Below, in pieces: positions 49,836 to 63,234 of a DNA stretch of 64,000 bases. The DNA is taken from positions 106,888,001 through 106,952,000 of the forward strand of contig NC_043001.1 of NCBI RefSeq assembly GCF_006345805.1, in the 5' to 3' direction. Below the pieces are notes generated by a model. That model was not told the DNA's origin, ran no database searches, and saw nothing but the letters and a program-made list of their open reading frames with translations. Each line of letters begins with the position of its first letter. The stretch's first letter is position 1. The translations under genes and the position numbers were made by a program. The DNA is from Octopus sinensis. Its lineage: Eukaryota.

Positions 49836-50792
49836 AGAGTCTCACGGCGGCGTTGCAGAGAATAGAGCTTCAGCTGTTTAAGATGAGCCCAATAATCAAG
49901 TCCCATCAAGACATTTATTATATATTTTTGTGTGTGATTGATCTTTGAGGCGCTTCGATCTTCATTATATCTTGTTTTTTGTAGGGGGACCACAATGGGC
50001 AGCAGTATTCGAGGTGGGGCCTAGCAAATATGGAGACGAGAAGGATCATGGTTTCATCATTCCTAGATTGAAAAGTTCTGAGGATCCATGAGCACATTCT
50101 GCGGGGAACATCGACTTTTTTGTTGACGTGCACACTCCAGCTAAGGTTGCTGATGACAGTTACAGCTAAGTCTCTGGTATTACCCGACGGTTCAAGTAGG
50201 TCTCGCGACGGTAGTGTATTTGGTTGTTTGAGTGTGCCTTCTTTTCCAAAGTGGATGAGCTCAAATTTCTCCTCGTTCAACTGCATATTGTTTTTTTTAT
50301 TTTATTTATATATTTTTTGTTTTTGTGCCCACTGGGTTACTGCGCATAGGTCCGATTGAAGCAACGTTCGATCATATGCTCCTTTAATGACTTTCTGGAA
50401 TATAGTTATCTGCAAATATTTTAATGGTGCTATGTTCAATGGAATTTGCAATGTCATTGATATAGACAATAAAAAGAAGTGAATCCAGCACAATACCCTT
50501 CGGGACTCTGCTGATGACTTTTGCTGGTTTTCCACCAACTACAGCGTTAACAGTATATTGTGGTCGACTCTGTCAAATGCCTTGCTGAAATCAAGGTATA
50601 TGACATCCGCGTTGGAGCCCTCAGTGCATTTAAGATATAAAAACTGGTGAAGGAGCTATATTAGACAGTCCCTCCCACCACGAAAGTCATGCTGGTTGCA
50701 ATTTAGGAAACGATTTTGTTCTAAGAAGGCTGTTATTCTTGATCTCAACACTCTCTCATATACTTTGATGCTATGTGAGTGAGATTAGACGG
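49835..50792 (-). mobile_element. CR1/L2-group LINE reverse-transcriptase fragment (pseudogene)
   Basis: Across frameshifts: KVYERVLRSRI, NQHDFRGGRDCL, DVIYLDFSKAFDRVDH, PEGYCAG/PQG region, LLQSDL, QLNEEKFELIHFG, RPHLEYCCPLWSPY and LKLYSLQRRRE. Confidence 0.9.
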
Positions 50793-50855
50793 TATATACA
50801 TACATATATATATACATACATATATATACATGCATATATATATATAGAGAGAGAG

Positions 50856-50922
<67 letters not shown>

Positions 50923-51787
50923 TACATACATACATATATGAATATAAGGATATATATTTATAAACATGAATGTACATATGTGTGTGCCTACATACGTACA
51001 CATATATATATACATAAATACATACATACACAATACATACATACATACATACATACATACATACATACATACATACATACATACAAGTCCTACTGTTAAC
51101 TCCCATGAGAATACCTGCCAATCATTGTAATAGGAGCTATAAATCAAAAATGTTGTTAGTGACAAGGCACACCTACCTTTATATGAAATTTTGCGAGACT
51201 AAACCTGTTTGTCAACCATAGATTTTACGATGCGTGAAAACGTTTATTGATTCGTTGACAATCATGTCTGTTCTGTAGTGCGTGACTTGGGCTCGATTTG
51301 AGAAAACTCTTTGGAGGCATTTCTACCTTCCCCCTTTCTTCCTTTATGAGTTTCTTCTGTTCTCACACTCTCACTCCTGTGTTCTATCTCCACTCCCATT
51401 TGATCGATACGCACACACACACACCCATAGGATGTGATATCTGGAAATGGTTGGACAGTTACGAAATAATTAATAATACTGAGAGCAATTGAAGGCGTTG
51501 CCAGGAAGTTGTCTCATGGCATCAGACTGGTTAAAAGTTTCGACCACCATTCCCACCAACACCACCGCTACATCTCTTGTGAGTCATATTTAGAAAGAAA
51601 AATAAAGGAGAAATAGAGTGGCAATAGAATGGGAGAGAAGAAGAAGAAGAAAGAAGAGAATGCGAGCTAGGGGTGGAGGCTAGTGTGAAATCCTACAAAA
51701 AAGGTTGAGATCTGCAATGTACAAAACAAAATCGGATGAAAAGGACTGAACAATTGAAAGAAGACTTTTCATTACTTGTTATGTGTT

Positions 51788-51960
51788 TTAGTATTTTATG
51801 TCCGAGTATGCATAGGATTGACTGGCCACAGCCGGACACTCGTGTCCGTCTTCTTGTCCCATGTGATGTCCTTGGTCACCGTCGACAACGACGGACGAAC
51901 TAATTGTCTGATGATTGTCAAATTCAGAGTGAATCGAGATTACATCATTATTTTTATTCC
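51788..51960 (-). CDS. Candidate terminal coding exon, product unknown
   Basis: GC-richer island with open frame (G)NKNNDVISIHSEFDNHQTISSSVVVDGDQGHHMGQEDGHECPAVASQSYAYSDIKY* after aacag|. The acceptor lacks a good pyrimidine tract. Confidence 0.2.
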
Positions 51961-53667
51961 CTGTTCAGAACCACTTTCTTTACGTCCCTAAAGCCTTCAA
52001 GAAAAATTTAACAATCATAATTTCCATTTAGCATCGCTCTTGTCTCAATAAAGCTAATAAAAGTGTTGATTCAACTCAAGCCAACCTTGTCCCAAAAAAC
52101 CTATAATAAAGGGCGTTGGCAGTTATTGCCTTTATTTTGATGTCCTTTCTTTGTTAACTGAAAAGGGTGTTATGTAAGGGAGAATTTAGTTTACTATCCC
52201 AAACAGGTCTACTTATATCTTAAATGTCTCAATGTCCCCTCGTTGTCTCAATGTCTCCCCTCCTCCTAGTTGTTGATTAGACCTGATCAACTCTGATTTA
52301 AGTACACTTTCGATCTTTATATCCATATTGAATACATCTTGAGTTATATCATCTCATGGGATTTGAGTGAGATGAAACTGCGATTTCTATCAGATTAAAT
52401 CACTGTGGATATCTTCCTCTCCCCCACCCCCACACACAGGCGTGAACTTCAGAAACCACAAGTTGGCTGAGAATGACGAAAACAATACACGCGCGCGCAC
52501 ACACACAGAGCATTTCTAGAATTTACATATATAAACGCAACATTGATTCATAGCTTAGACACAAGACTACAAATTTTGTGGGAGAGAATAACTGAGCTGT
52601 AGCAACTGTCTATTTTCTTTCTTTTTTCTTTTTTTTTTAGGGAACAAAAAACATTTTTTTCAACCATTTCTATTTTTGTCCTTTTCTGTGTTTGGAATGA
52701 GTGTTATATGTACTTTGCTGGCAAAATATTATTCCAAACCTAAGTTATCAATAATTGAGTTGTAACTCTTTACCAATAGTAATTAAATTCTCCCAGAAAT
52801 AGGCGGAACAATAAATACTGTAAGAATTAACCATGATAAAGTTTGTGGCATTGTGTATAGTTTCCATTTGAGTTACATAGGATACGTTTAATATATGTTT
52901 TTAAATTCATTAAATAATTGCTATTAGAGTTGTATTTAGAAGCAAGAGGGACAGAAGTCTTACAATATAAATTTTCTTATGATAGAAGAAACATTAGAGT
53001 TGTATGTGCCTGGCACGTGTATTTAATAGATACCATATAAAAAAAATTCATGTAAATGAATCTTTCTAGCTTCCTTTCAGTGAACACCCTATAGTTAGTA
53101 TATTATAACTTACTATATCATGAAATAAAGATTCTTTTTCTTCGTCCAATGATGAAGCTAATATGAAGGTAAAGTCTTAGCCACCTCACTTTGTTCAACA
53201 ACTCATTATCTTCCGATAGTATTTTACCAAAAAGTATATTTGTGTTGTTAAATACTGTTGACATACGCACCTTAAATTGTTTTGGGAAAATAAAGTGTGG
53301 ACGCAGAAAATATTATTCAAAAACTATATAGTTACTTATCTATTTCACCAAAATGACACAAATATTTCGAAAATATTAATTCATTTGCGTCTTTGAATTT
53401 CAACGAAGCTCTTCCCCATAAACTGAACCAGACAATGTAGTTCTCTTTACACAACTGTATTGAGAGAATTTTGGATCTCTGAAACAGACCAGCTGATAGC
53501 TCCAAGCAATTATTTAACCTTCTTTTATTAAAGAAGATTCAACAGAGACCCCACAAGTTATTGAAATTATTTATTGTTCTATAATAGGTATATGAAATCT
53601 GCTGTTAAAAATTCCGAACGGAAGTAAACTTCTGGTGCAAATATTTTCAAGATTTTCTTTAAGAAAG

Positions 53668-53880
53668 TCGGTGAGCGACCAGAATCATTAACACACCGGA
53701 CAAAATACTTAGCGGTATTTCGTCCGTCTTTACATTCTGAGTTCAAATTCCACCGATGTCGACTTTACCTTTTATCCCTTCGAGATCGATAAAATAAGTA
53801 CCATTTGAACACTGGAGTCGATGTAATCGACTTACCACACCCCCAAATTGCTGGCCTTCAACCAAAATTTGAAATCATTA
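53668..53880 (+). mobile_element. SINE family B, full length
   Basis: ggtgagcgaccagaatcattaac..cttagcggtatttcgtcc..ctgagttcaaattccaccgatgtcgacttt..gataaaataagtacc. Confidence 0.85.
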
Positions 53881-54544
53881 TGATGTAACAACTATGAAAC
53901 TCTCCAAACTTCTTCACTTTTTATACTTACTCAACAAGTAGAAATGGCATGTGGCTTTTTTTTATGTATATATTTAGAAATATATTTGCACATGTTTCCA
54001 AAATAGCTTAATTTGTGTTTTACGTTTCTGGTTTTTGTTTAATCATCACGAAATGGATAAATAAAGCAATCGTTCAGTTACAATAACGTGTAAGCTTTTG
54101 ACATATATTATTTTTCTGCGTTCCTTTTAGGACCTAGTTCGAACTCATGACTTAAAAGGACGCAACTAAGTACTGCATGCGACATCCCTACCGATTCTGC
54201 TAACCATTGCTTTAATACAGATGGAGTATTGAAAAGATAACATCAAATCAGTTATGTCTATCTGTAGTGACTTGGTTTAGGGAAATACAGGAATAAATAA
54301 ATATTGAGCTGAAACGTTACTACAACTCAAAGGCATTTCTCATGGCCTGCAAATATAAAAAAAAAAGCGTGCCTGGTATGGCTCTACCTTCAAATACATT
54401 GAGTATTTTTCATTTTAAGACTAGCACTAATGGTTTAAAATGCCTGTAATGTTGTATGTGCATAAACATACATATTTAGTTTTGTATGTAGACATATACA
54501 TGTACGTATATGTATATATATGCATATATATGTACACTCATATA

Positions 54545-54765
54545 GGTAAAGTAAAGTTACTTTCCTGAATCACACTGACTCATAAGGGCGGGTTTCCCAG
54601 TTTCATGGCATATATATATTCCCAGCCTAAATGGGGCGCCGGTCCATCGCAGCGTTACTCATTTTTGCCAGCTGAGGGGACTGGGGCAACAAGAAATGAA
54701 GTATTTTGCTCAAGAACACAACGCGCCGCCCGGCTCAAGAATCGAAACCACAATATTACAACCAT
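54545..54765 (-). mobile_element. SINE family D with tRNA-like head
   Basis: Reverse complement has the B box ggtttcgattc followed by gttgtgttcttgagcaa. Confidence 0.75.
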
Positions 54766-54867
54766 GACACACATATATACAGTTATACACGTCCATGTGC
54801 ACATGCACACGCACACAGACACGCATATATATATATATATATATATAATATATATATATATATATAC

Positions 54868-55085
54868 TCTTTTACTTGTTTCAGTCATTTGACTGCGGCC
54901 ATGCTGGAGCACCGCCTTTTAATCGAACAACTCGATCCCGGGACTTATTCTTTTGTAAGCCCAGTACTTATTCTATCGGTCTCTTTTGCCGAACCGCTAA
55001 GTAACGGGGACATAAACACACCAGCATCGGTTGTCAAGCAATGCTAGGGGGACAAACACAGACACACACACGCATATATATATAT

Positions 55086-55130
<45 letters not shown>

Positions 55131-55235
55131 TATATATACGACGGGCTTCTTTCAGTTTCCGTCTACCAAATCCACTCACAAGGCTTTGGTCGGCCCGAGG
55201 CTATAGTAGAAGACACTTGCCCAAGGTGCCACGCA
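54868..55235 (-). mobile_element. SINE family A lacking the extreme head
   Basis: High identity to family A on the reverse strand. Confidence 0.9.
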
Positions 55236-55334
55236 GATATATATATATATATATGCGTGCATGTGTGTGTATGTGTATATGGATTCCTCAATTTTTATGT
55301 CGTGAATTCCTCGCTTTCCATATCTCCCGAAACG

Positions 55335-56110
55335 CCTTAGATTTCTAGAAATAACTTATCACAATCGGCGATCTCGGTATCAGAATCATCATGGACGTAG
55401 GAAAGTCGTTCCTATTCCACAATTATTGCTACTAAGTTTAAAAAAAAAGGCAACACATGGTTCGATATCTGAGGAATTACAAAGGGGACAAGGTCTCTGA
55501 CTTCCTGAGTTATTCACCCAAGACAGCCTAAAAGATCAAGCACATCCCCACAGTTCGGTTCTGTATAAGGACTATGAACTAATATGAAATCGTACGAACA
55601 GCCACTCCATAGATAAGTTCACAAAGAATCTTACAAACATCTTCAAAGAATATATAATTTTTACCACCAATTTAACCAAAGTTGACTTCCTGGAAGTTAC
55701 CCTAAACATCAAAACATGCAAATTCTATCCCTGTAGAAAGCCTAACAGGGAGCCTATTAACATTTATAGAAGCTCTATGAGAAACGTAGTCAGAGGTATC
55801 AGCAGGCGGACAGTGAAATCTTCCTCAGAGCCGTTTCATTATAACGAGGCTCTAGCAAGAAGCAATGTTACTGACAAATTGTTGTATACGAAAAACATTA
55901 GATCCCACTCTCAAAACCAAAGAAAATTATAAGATGACGGTAATCTGGTTCAATCCTCTGTTCAATCTGGTAGGTTCCACTAATTAGATAGAAGTTTTCT
56001 CTTCACAAGCACCCATAAGTCTCATAAACGTTTTAATGCCCATAACATTAAGCTTAGCTACTCATGCTGAGATAATATCGCTTCCAATATTGTGCACTAC
56101 AAGAGAAACA
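55335..56110 (+). pseudogene. Decayed Penelope-like reverse transcriptase (C-terminal RT/thumb region)
   Basis: TTNLTKVDFLEVTLNIKTCKFYPCRKPN (55663-55746) and IWFNPLF (about 55944-55964) match the PLE patterns VNFLDVTLNL....Y.PYRKPN and IIWFNPPF. Confidence 0.75.
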
Positions 56111-56727
56111 AACACATGCTCATAAAAACTTCATCTCATACTCCAACCTGTAACATCCCAAGACCAAACTCACATCATCCAATGAGACACTACAGGAGTA
56201 TAACAGCCAATGATTTCAATGAAGATTTACACAACACATGCGCTTTCATTTGTTAACTCAGGGATCAAGGAAACTACTTTCCCCCTTCCTACTGACTTAT
56301 TGTTCATAATTGCCTACACTGTCTCCACGAGAAACTGTATGTCCTGCTCCAGCCTGCAGTAGTGATCAGCAGGAAAACTTATCTATCCTAATGCTGTTAC
56401 CAAAGATAAGCTTCCTTAATGAACTTTAAAACATTGGTCACCGATAATCCAGAAAGATCACCTCAATGGCTCATGCACGATTTCAAGATAAACAATCCCT
56501 GCTTATTCATAGAGAGATTATTTCCCTTCTGCGTGTCACCATCGTGGTCTATCAGCACTCAGCTAAAACTAACGCTCAACAGATATTCATGACACGCAAA
56601 TTGAATTATGTCTTAACACCAGCAGAGTAGTTACCTGACCACATGAAACAACTTCCTCGCATCACCATTAGTAGCTGACATCACTAGTGTTGCCGAATTC
56701 CAAAATCTTACAATTCCTACTTGAATT

Positions 56728-56862
<135 letters not shown>

Positions 56863-57416
56863 GCGCGTGCGTGTTTATATGAGTGTATGTGTTTGCGTGT
56901 GTTTGCGTGTTTATGCGAGAGTATGTGTTTGGCTAGCTTCGAAAGTAGCCAAATGGATTGATCCGGAAGAAGGTGCACAGAAAATTGTGCCAGGTTGCAT
57001 GCAACTACCAGTAATCTGTGCAGTGGAAACACGTGTAGATCATAAATAGCATAACAATATGGTAGGTAAAATTGTAAAATGAGAGGAAATAAATTTTGAG
57101 GATGAACAAACTTTCATGTGCTATATCGTTATAATTATTGGTATATATATAACCGGTGTTGTTCAAACGATGAATAGTCTTCGCGTAAACTACTGGTTCG
57201 TTTTGTTCTCTTACTTTATTCTCATATTATAATCATCTCATAATAATGACCTTTATGACTCGTATTACTACCTCAGTCAATCTAAATGTATATATTTGTC
57301 ACTACCTGTCATAAATAGCCTTTTTCTATTTGCAATATGCATTTTCGTTGATTTTTCATATTTTACCCTTACATTTCCACGTGTATTTTATATTTTCTTT
57401 TCGTAACATATTTCTA

Positions 57417-57472
<56 letters not shown>

Positions 57473-57540
57473 CATACATACATACATACATACATACATA
57501 CATACATACATGCATGCATATATACATACATACATACATG

Positions 57541-57616
<76 letters not shown>

Positions 57617-57840
57617 GTATATATATGTATATATATATATATGCACACATATATATATACGCACGCACGCGAAGCGACATATACATATATATGCGCACAT
57701 GCCTAAGTTGAAAAATACAGATTTTAATACAACTGACTTCCATATAAAACACATATGCATATTTATGCAAATGATATGCATATGAATATAAGCACATACA
57801 CGTGCACGCACACACGCACACACACATGCAAACACACACA

Positions 57841-57871
<31 letters not shown>

Positions 57872-57876
57872 CACAC

Positions 57877-57927
<51 letters not shown>

Positions 57928-57963
57928 AAAAAGGGAGATGTCGAACACGAGTGGTGATATATA

Positions 57964-58176
57964 AAAAGGAAATGAAGAAAATGCTGACAAATAATTGAAG
58001 TAATTTAAGTAATTTAATTAGGTGAAAGTTCTTTTTACCGGTGCGCATTTGTTATGCTTATCAAAATATCATATTTTGATAAGCATAACAAATGCGCAAC
58101 CGGTAAAAAGAACTTTCACCTAATTAAATTACTTAAATTACTTCAATTATTTGTCAGCATTTTCTTCATTTCCTTT
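57964..58176. repeat. Near-perfect palindrome, 106-bp arms, 1-nt spacer
   Basis: Centre at C58070. The arms differ only by two single-base indels. Confidence 0.95.
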
Positions 58177-58397
58177 ATATATATATATATATATATATAT
58201 AATTATGAATGACCAATTTTAAATACTACTGGATTTTACTCACAAGGTACTGAAATCTTATATGTAAACCATTCTGCCTAAATAATGATTCTACAAATGA
58301 AATATCCCTGCATATCTCACATCTATTTTCATTCCTCCACTTCACTCTCTATTTCGTATCTTATCTAAATTAACTATTGCTTAACTATTTACTCACA

Positions 58398-58448
58398 CCA
58401 TATCCGATGAAGGAATAAAATAAATATCCTGGAAACAGCTGTAAGACC
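58398..58448 (+). ncRNA. Degenerate hammerhead-like motif, CCGATGA core
   Basis: CCGATGA-AGGA-ataaaataaata-TCCT-g-GAA-ACAGCTGT-A. Palindromic stem III; stem I poorly paired. Confidence 0.4.
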
Positions 58449-58986
58449 TTCTATATATAAATATTCTAAAATCTTCACAGCTTTGGTTTTTTATCACATT
58501 TTGAAAATAAAATGTTATATATACACACGCTGATATATGACCTACATTGGACTCCTTATTCGCATAATCACCAAACCTGGAGCTTAACTATGGTCTATCC
58601 ATAGCACTTACTCAGCATTACCTGACACCTTTGGGTCTTACTGACACCATTACTGCTCATAACTTATATATATATATATATATAAGTGAGGAAAGGCTGT
58701 GCACTGAGTCAATCCCACTCATTAAGCAACAGCAGCCATAATCCGAAAAGAAGAACAAGTCAATATCATCGGTAACCACTGACCCGCAGGTTTTATGTCG
58801 GAGTTATCCCAGTTACCTGAGTTACTGTTTCCTAGAAGGATGCCCTAACAAAGGCTAGGAGTCCTTCACTCCCAATGGTTTAACCGCGCGATCGGGTATT
58901 CAGTCCGATTATTTCTATGTCCCCGCGCATGATACAGCCTTAAGACATATATTGGATGTATCATGTATATTATATGTATATATACA

Positions 58987-59077
<91 letters not shown>

Positions 59078-59281
59078 TTAGGGAATAATCCAAACTTACA
59101 GGGAAAAATCAGATTTAGGATTGAATCCAATTTTATAGTAAAATATTATATTATATTAAATTAGAGATAAAACCACTATTAGGCAAATCATACAATGAAA
59201 AACTTAAGCCAATACATAAGATTATTTAATTTATATTATTTAAATATATAACAAAATTATTAAAAAATATAATTAATATAA

Positions 59282-59345
59282 CACTACGATCGTTTCATGG
59301 CTGTTAATTTCTTTAAATTTTCGAGTTACAGTCATTCATCAGGTG
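59282..59345 (-). ncRNA. Minimal type I hammerhead candidate with canonical core (left arm)
   Basis: CAC-CTGATGA-ATGACTGT..ACAGCCAT-GAA-ACGATCGT-A-GTG. Confidence 0.7.
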
Positions 59346-59410
59346 GTTTAAATATTTAACTTGGCGAGGTTTAATCAATGATTAAACCTCGCCAAGTTAA
59401 ATATTTAAAC

Positions 59411-59474
59411 CACCTGATGAATGACTGTAACTCGAAAATTTAAAGAAATTAATAGCCATGAAACGATCGTAGTG
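59411..59474 (+). ncRNA. Minimal type I hammerhead candidate with canonical core (right arm)
   Basis: CAC-CTGATGA-ATGACTGT..ATAGCCAT-GAA-ACGATCGT-A-GTG. Predicted cleavage after A59471 (GUA). Confidence 0.7.
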
Positions 59475-59616
59475 TTATATTAATTATATTTTTTAATAAT
59501 TTTGTTATATATTTAGATAATATAAATTAGATAATCTTATGTATTGGCTTAATTTTTTCATTGTATGATTTGTCTAATAGTGGTTTTATCTCTAATTTAA
59601 TATAATATATATATAT

Positions 59617-59920
59617 AGGCACTGGAGTGGCTGAGAGGTAAGAAGCTTGCTTGCCAACCACATAGTTCCGGGTTCAGTCCCAATGCCTGGCACTTTGGGC
59701 AAATATCTTCTGCTATAGCCTCGGGCCGACGAAAGCCTTGTGAGTGGATTTAGTAGATGGAAACTGAAAGAAACCCGTTGTGTACATATTTATATATGTA
59801 TGTATTTGTATATATGTGTTTCTGTATATTTGTATATATGTAAGTCTGTGTTTGTCCCCTCACCATCGCTTAACAACCGAGGTTGGTGTGTCTACACCCC
59901 CGTAAGTTAGCGGTGCAGTA
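59617..59920 (+). mobile_element. SINE family A, 5' part (resumes at 61536)
   Basis: taggcactggagtggctgagaggtaagaagc..ccgggttcagtccc..gggccgacgaaagccttgtgag. Confidence 0.85.
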
Positions 59921-60672
59921 GAAGGCCAGATTTTTCTAATTTGAAACTTCGTATACTGGTAGAATGTGTCAAAAGAAAACATTAATTTCAACTATTTTTT
60001 TTGAGAAAAATGTATTTTATAAGTTTAAACGTAGTTTAAATCTGCGAATTTTAACCAATCGTATTGTCTGTTTTGATCTGAAATTATTAGCTTGCATAGT
60101 GTTACTGTGACGTAGACAGCTATTTTGTGAAAATTTTAAACAGCGTGGGTAAGAAGTAAGCAAACAGCTGTGGTAGATGTGGTTATCATGGCAGTGGTGG
60201 TGGTGTAGTGGTGACAGTGGATGTGTATGATGGCAGCAATTATAGTGTTGGTGTTTTTGTAGAGGTGGTGGTGGTGGTGGTGGCGGCAGTGGATGATGAT
60301 GATAATGATTATGATAGTAGTAGTGGCATTGATTATGTTAGGATGTCTCAGTGGTGGTTGTAAAGATGATTCTGATATTGATAGTCTTTGTATTGAGGTG
60401 GTGGCAGAGTCAGAGTAAATAGTAAGAGCCCAGTTAACACAAGATTCTTAAATTTCAGAGATCATAAGATAGAGAGCAAGAAGTTAAAAGTTCCAATACT
60501 GGCCCAATTCCTACACCCCAGATTCTTCAACTATTTTATAAGAAAGGGGTTAATGGCAGGATAGGGATTCAGCTTAAAAATAAATTGTATAACAAAAAAA
60601 TACATAAATAAATTACTGCTCCAACGATGTAATTTTAGTATGTGTGTGTGTATGTATGTATATATGTATGTA

Positions 60673-60705
<33 letters not shown>

Positions 60706-60918
60706 TGTGTGTGTGTGTGTATGTATGGATCAAAACAGTTTGATTCAAATTCTGTGGTACTTATATATTCATACATACATATACATTTAGATGTATATAA
60801 CATATATATATATTGTATGTAAACATCTTTTATATATATATAATGTATGCATCTATAATACACACACATTATAAATATATACACATATATGCATATGCAT
60901 TAGAATATGTGTGTATAA

Positions 60919-60963
<45 letters not shown>

Positions 60964-61520
60964 TATGTTTGTATACATGTGTGTGTAGCTATTTAGGATC
61001 TACACAAATTTTATATATACTCCACGAAGTTTGAAAGTGTTTAGTTAGAAAAAATTATTTTTTAAATCTGTAGGTCAAAAGGTAAAGATCCGGTATTTTA
61101 AATTTTTGTTGCATTTCTAATCTTTCTGATGTCTAAGGATGGATATTTATGCGTATGAATCTTTTTCTTTTTACTTTGTTTCAAATATAATTCTAGGGAA
61201 CTGAAAAAGCTGTGCACGATGCCAAGCGAATTTAGCTGTTTACGATAAGCGGATGTTTACGTTTTAGCTATTTACATGTTTACGTTAAGTACGTCACAAA
61301 ATAGCTGTTTACGTCACAGTAACAATATTTTGAGAGGCAGTAAATGATATGAGGTCGAAACAAAGAATACCATTGGTTAAAATTCGAATTATTAAACAAC
61401 GTTAAACTTAGAAATTACAATTCCGTTTTCATTTTGGTTTACAATTATGTTTTCTTTTGACACATTCTACCAGTATACGAAGTTTCAAATTGTTTAGTTA
61501 ACTAGAAAAATCTGGCCTTC
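59921..61520. mobile_element. 1.6-kb non-autonomous foldback/TIR DNA element, superfamily unassigned
   Basis: Imperfect inverted repeats of about 215-225 bp (59921-60135 / 61295-61520) beginning gaaggccagatttttcta. No internal ORF. Confidence 0.8.
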
Positions 61521-61535
61521 TTTTAGAAAAGATCC

Positions 61536-61797
61536 TATTTATATATGTATGTATTTGTATATATGTGTGTCTGTATATTTGTATATATGTAAGTCTGTGT
61601 TTGTCCCCTCACCATCGCTTAACAACCGAGGTTGGTGTGTCTACACCCCCGTAAGTTAGCGATGCAGCAAAAGAGACTGATAGTATAAGTACTGAACTGA
61701 CAAAGAATAAGTCCTGGGATCGATTTCTTCGATTAAAGGCAGTGCTCCAGTATGTCCGCTGTCAAATGACTCAAACAAGTAAAAAAAATAAAAGAAC
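61536..61797 (+). mobile_element. SINE family A, 3' part with 134-bp duplicated segment
   Basis: 61536-61669 repeats 59787-59920 with 3 mismatches, then the normal SINE tail follows. Confidence 0.85.
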
Positions 61798-62038
61798 GTG
61801 TGTGTGTGTGAGAATACATGCATGATATATACTTTCATACATACAGTATACATCGAAGATACATATACCACACATACATGCAAGCATACATACAAACACA
61901 TACAAACAACAGAGAAACAAACACGCGTTCATACATAAACACACACACACACATTGATACATGCATACATTCATGCATGGGTACACACGCACGCACATTC
62001 ACACACACACATGCATGCATACATACACACACACACAT

Positions 62039-62071
<33 letters not shown>

Positions 62072-62713
62072 TACATACATACATACATACAAACATACAT
62101 ACATACATACATACATACATACATACATACATACATACATACATACATACAATCTGGTCCTTCAACAGCCCCAAAATGTAATTGCTGCATAAAACATGCT
62201 AACATATCAACATCACTACAACTTCCTTATTCATCAGCAACCTATTAAAATCTCTAATAATTTGACAAGATTTTTCCCATACCGTCCACGGTCGAATCCG
62301 TATCCCAAAGGTTATGCTTAATTCCAGTGCAAGAAAATATTTCAGTTGGTACTGGCTATTTTTCTCCAATACACAAAGGCGCTATACGATACAGCACTCC
62401 ACTCATCTTGCCTGAATTACCTTAGCTTTTCTCAATATCCTAACGGTATCTCACCTGTGGATTTTGAATTATTTGTCCACTCTTTTCTCCTTTGACAGTA
62501 ATTGAACTTAAAAAGAGAAATAAACATGAAAAATACTAATCACTGGACAAAAATAAATGAAAAGAAAAAACAAGAAAAACAGAGAATGAATGAAAGGAAA
62601 AAATAATGGGTGGAGGGGAAAAAACAAAGAAAAAGGGGGAAAGACCGACTAACAGACAGGAAGACAGCAAGATAAAAAACATGGACAGACAGGCAAGCAG
62701 GCAGGACAAACAA

Positions 62714-62808
<95 letters not shown>

Positions 62809-63234
62809 CTTGGGGAGGAGGTAAGAAAGAGAGAAAAAGAAAACTTAAATGCAGTGAAGAGAAAGAGAAATTGACGTGCAACATCCGTGAAAAGAAATAA
62901 ATCACTGGCCTAAGGGACATAACTTTATCATCCTTGAATCATGTCTGGTAACACAAAAGGGTCTTTAGTGTCTGGAACACACTTATAAAAATGTTCTCTC
63001 AGACTAGGAATAAAGATTGCGTACACAATCCCACACACACACATATATATAAACTCATACATACATACATACATTCATATATATATATTATAATAAAAGG
63101 GTAAAATCAGTAATAATTTTACCAGGTAGTCAATGCGGAAATAAAAACTTCGTAGGTAAATTTTTTCAAAATATTTTATAATTATATACGTAATTACAAC
63201 AATGGATCGGCTTTACGCCTCACTACGCACTATA

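Larger units (their letters stand above)
59147..59609. repeat. Near-perfect 463-bp palindrome (230-bp arms, 3-nt spacer), Penelope-type
   Basis: Centre aat at 59377-59379, five mismatches counted. A related terminus occurs at 22585-22625. Confidence 0.95.

Noticed and set aside
56430-56725. CR1 3' end relic
   Set aside because: Only a faint resemblance to the WN.LP..VV motif; too decayed to support as a feature.
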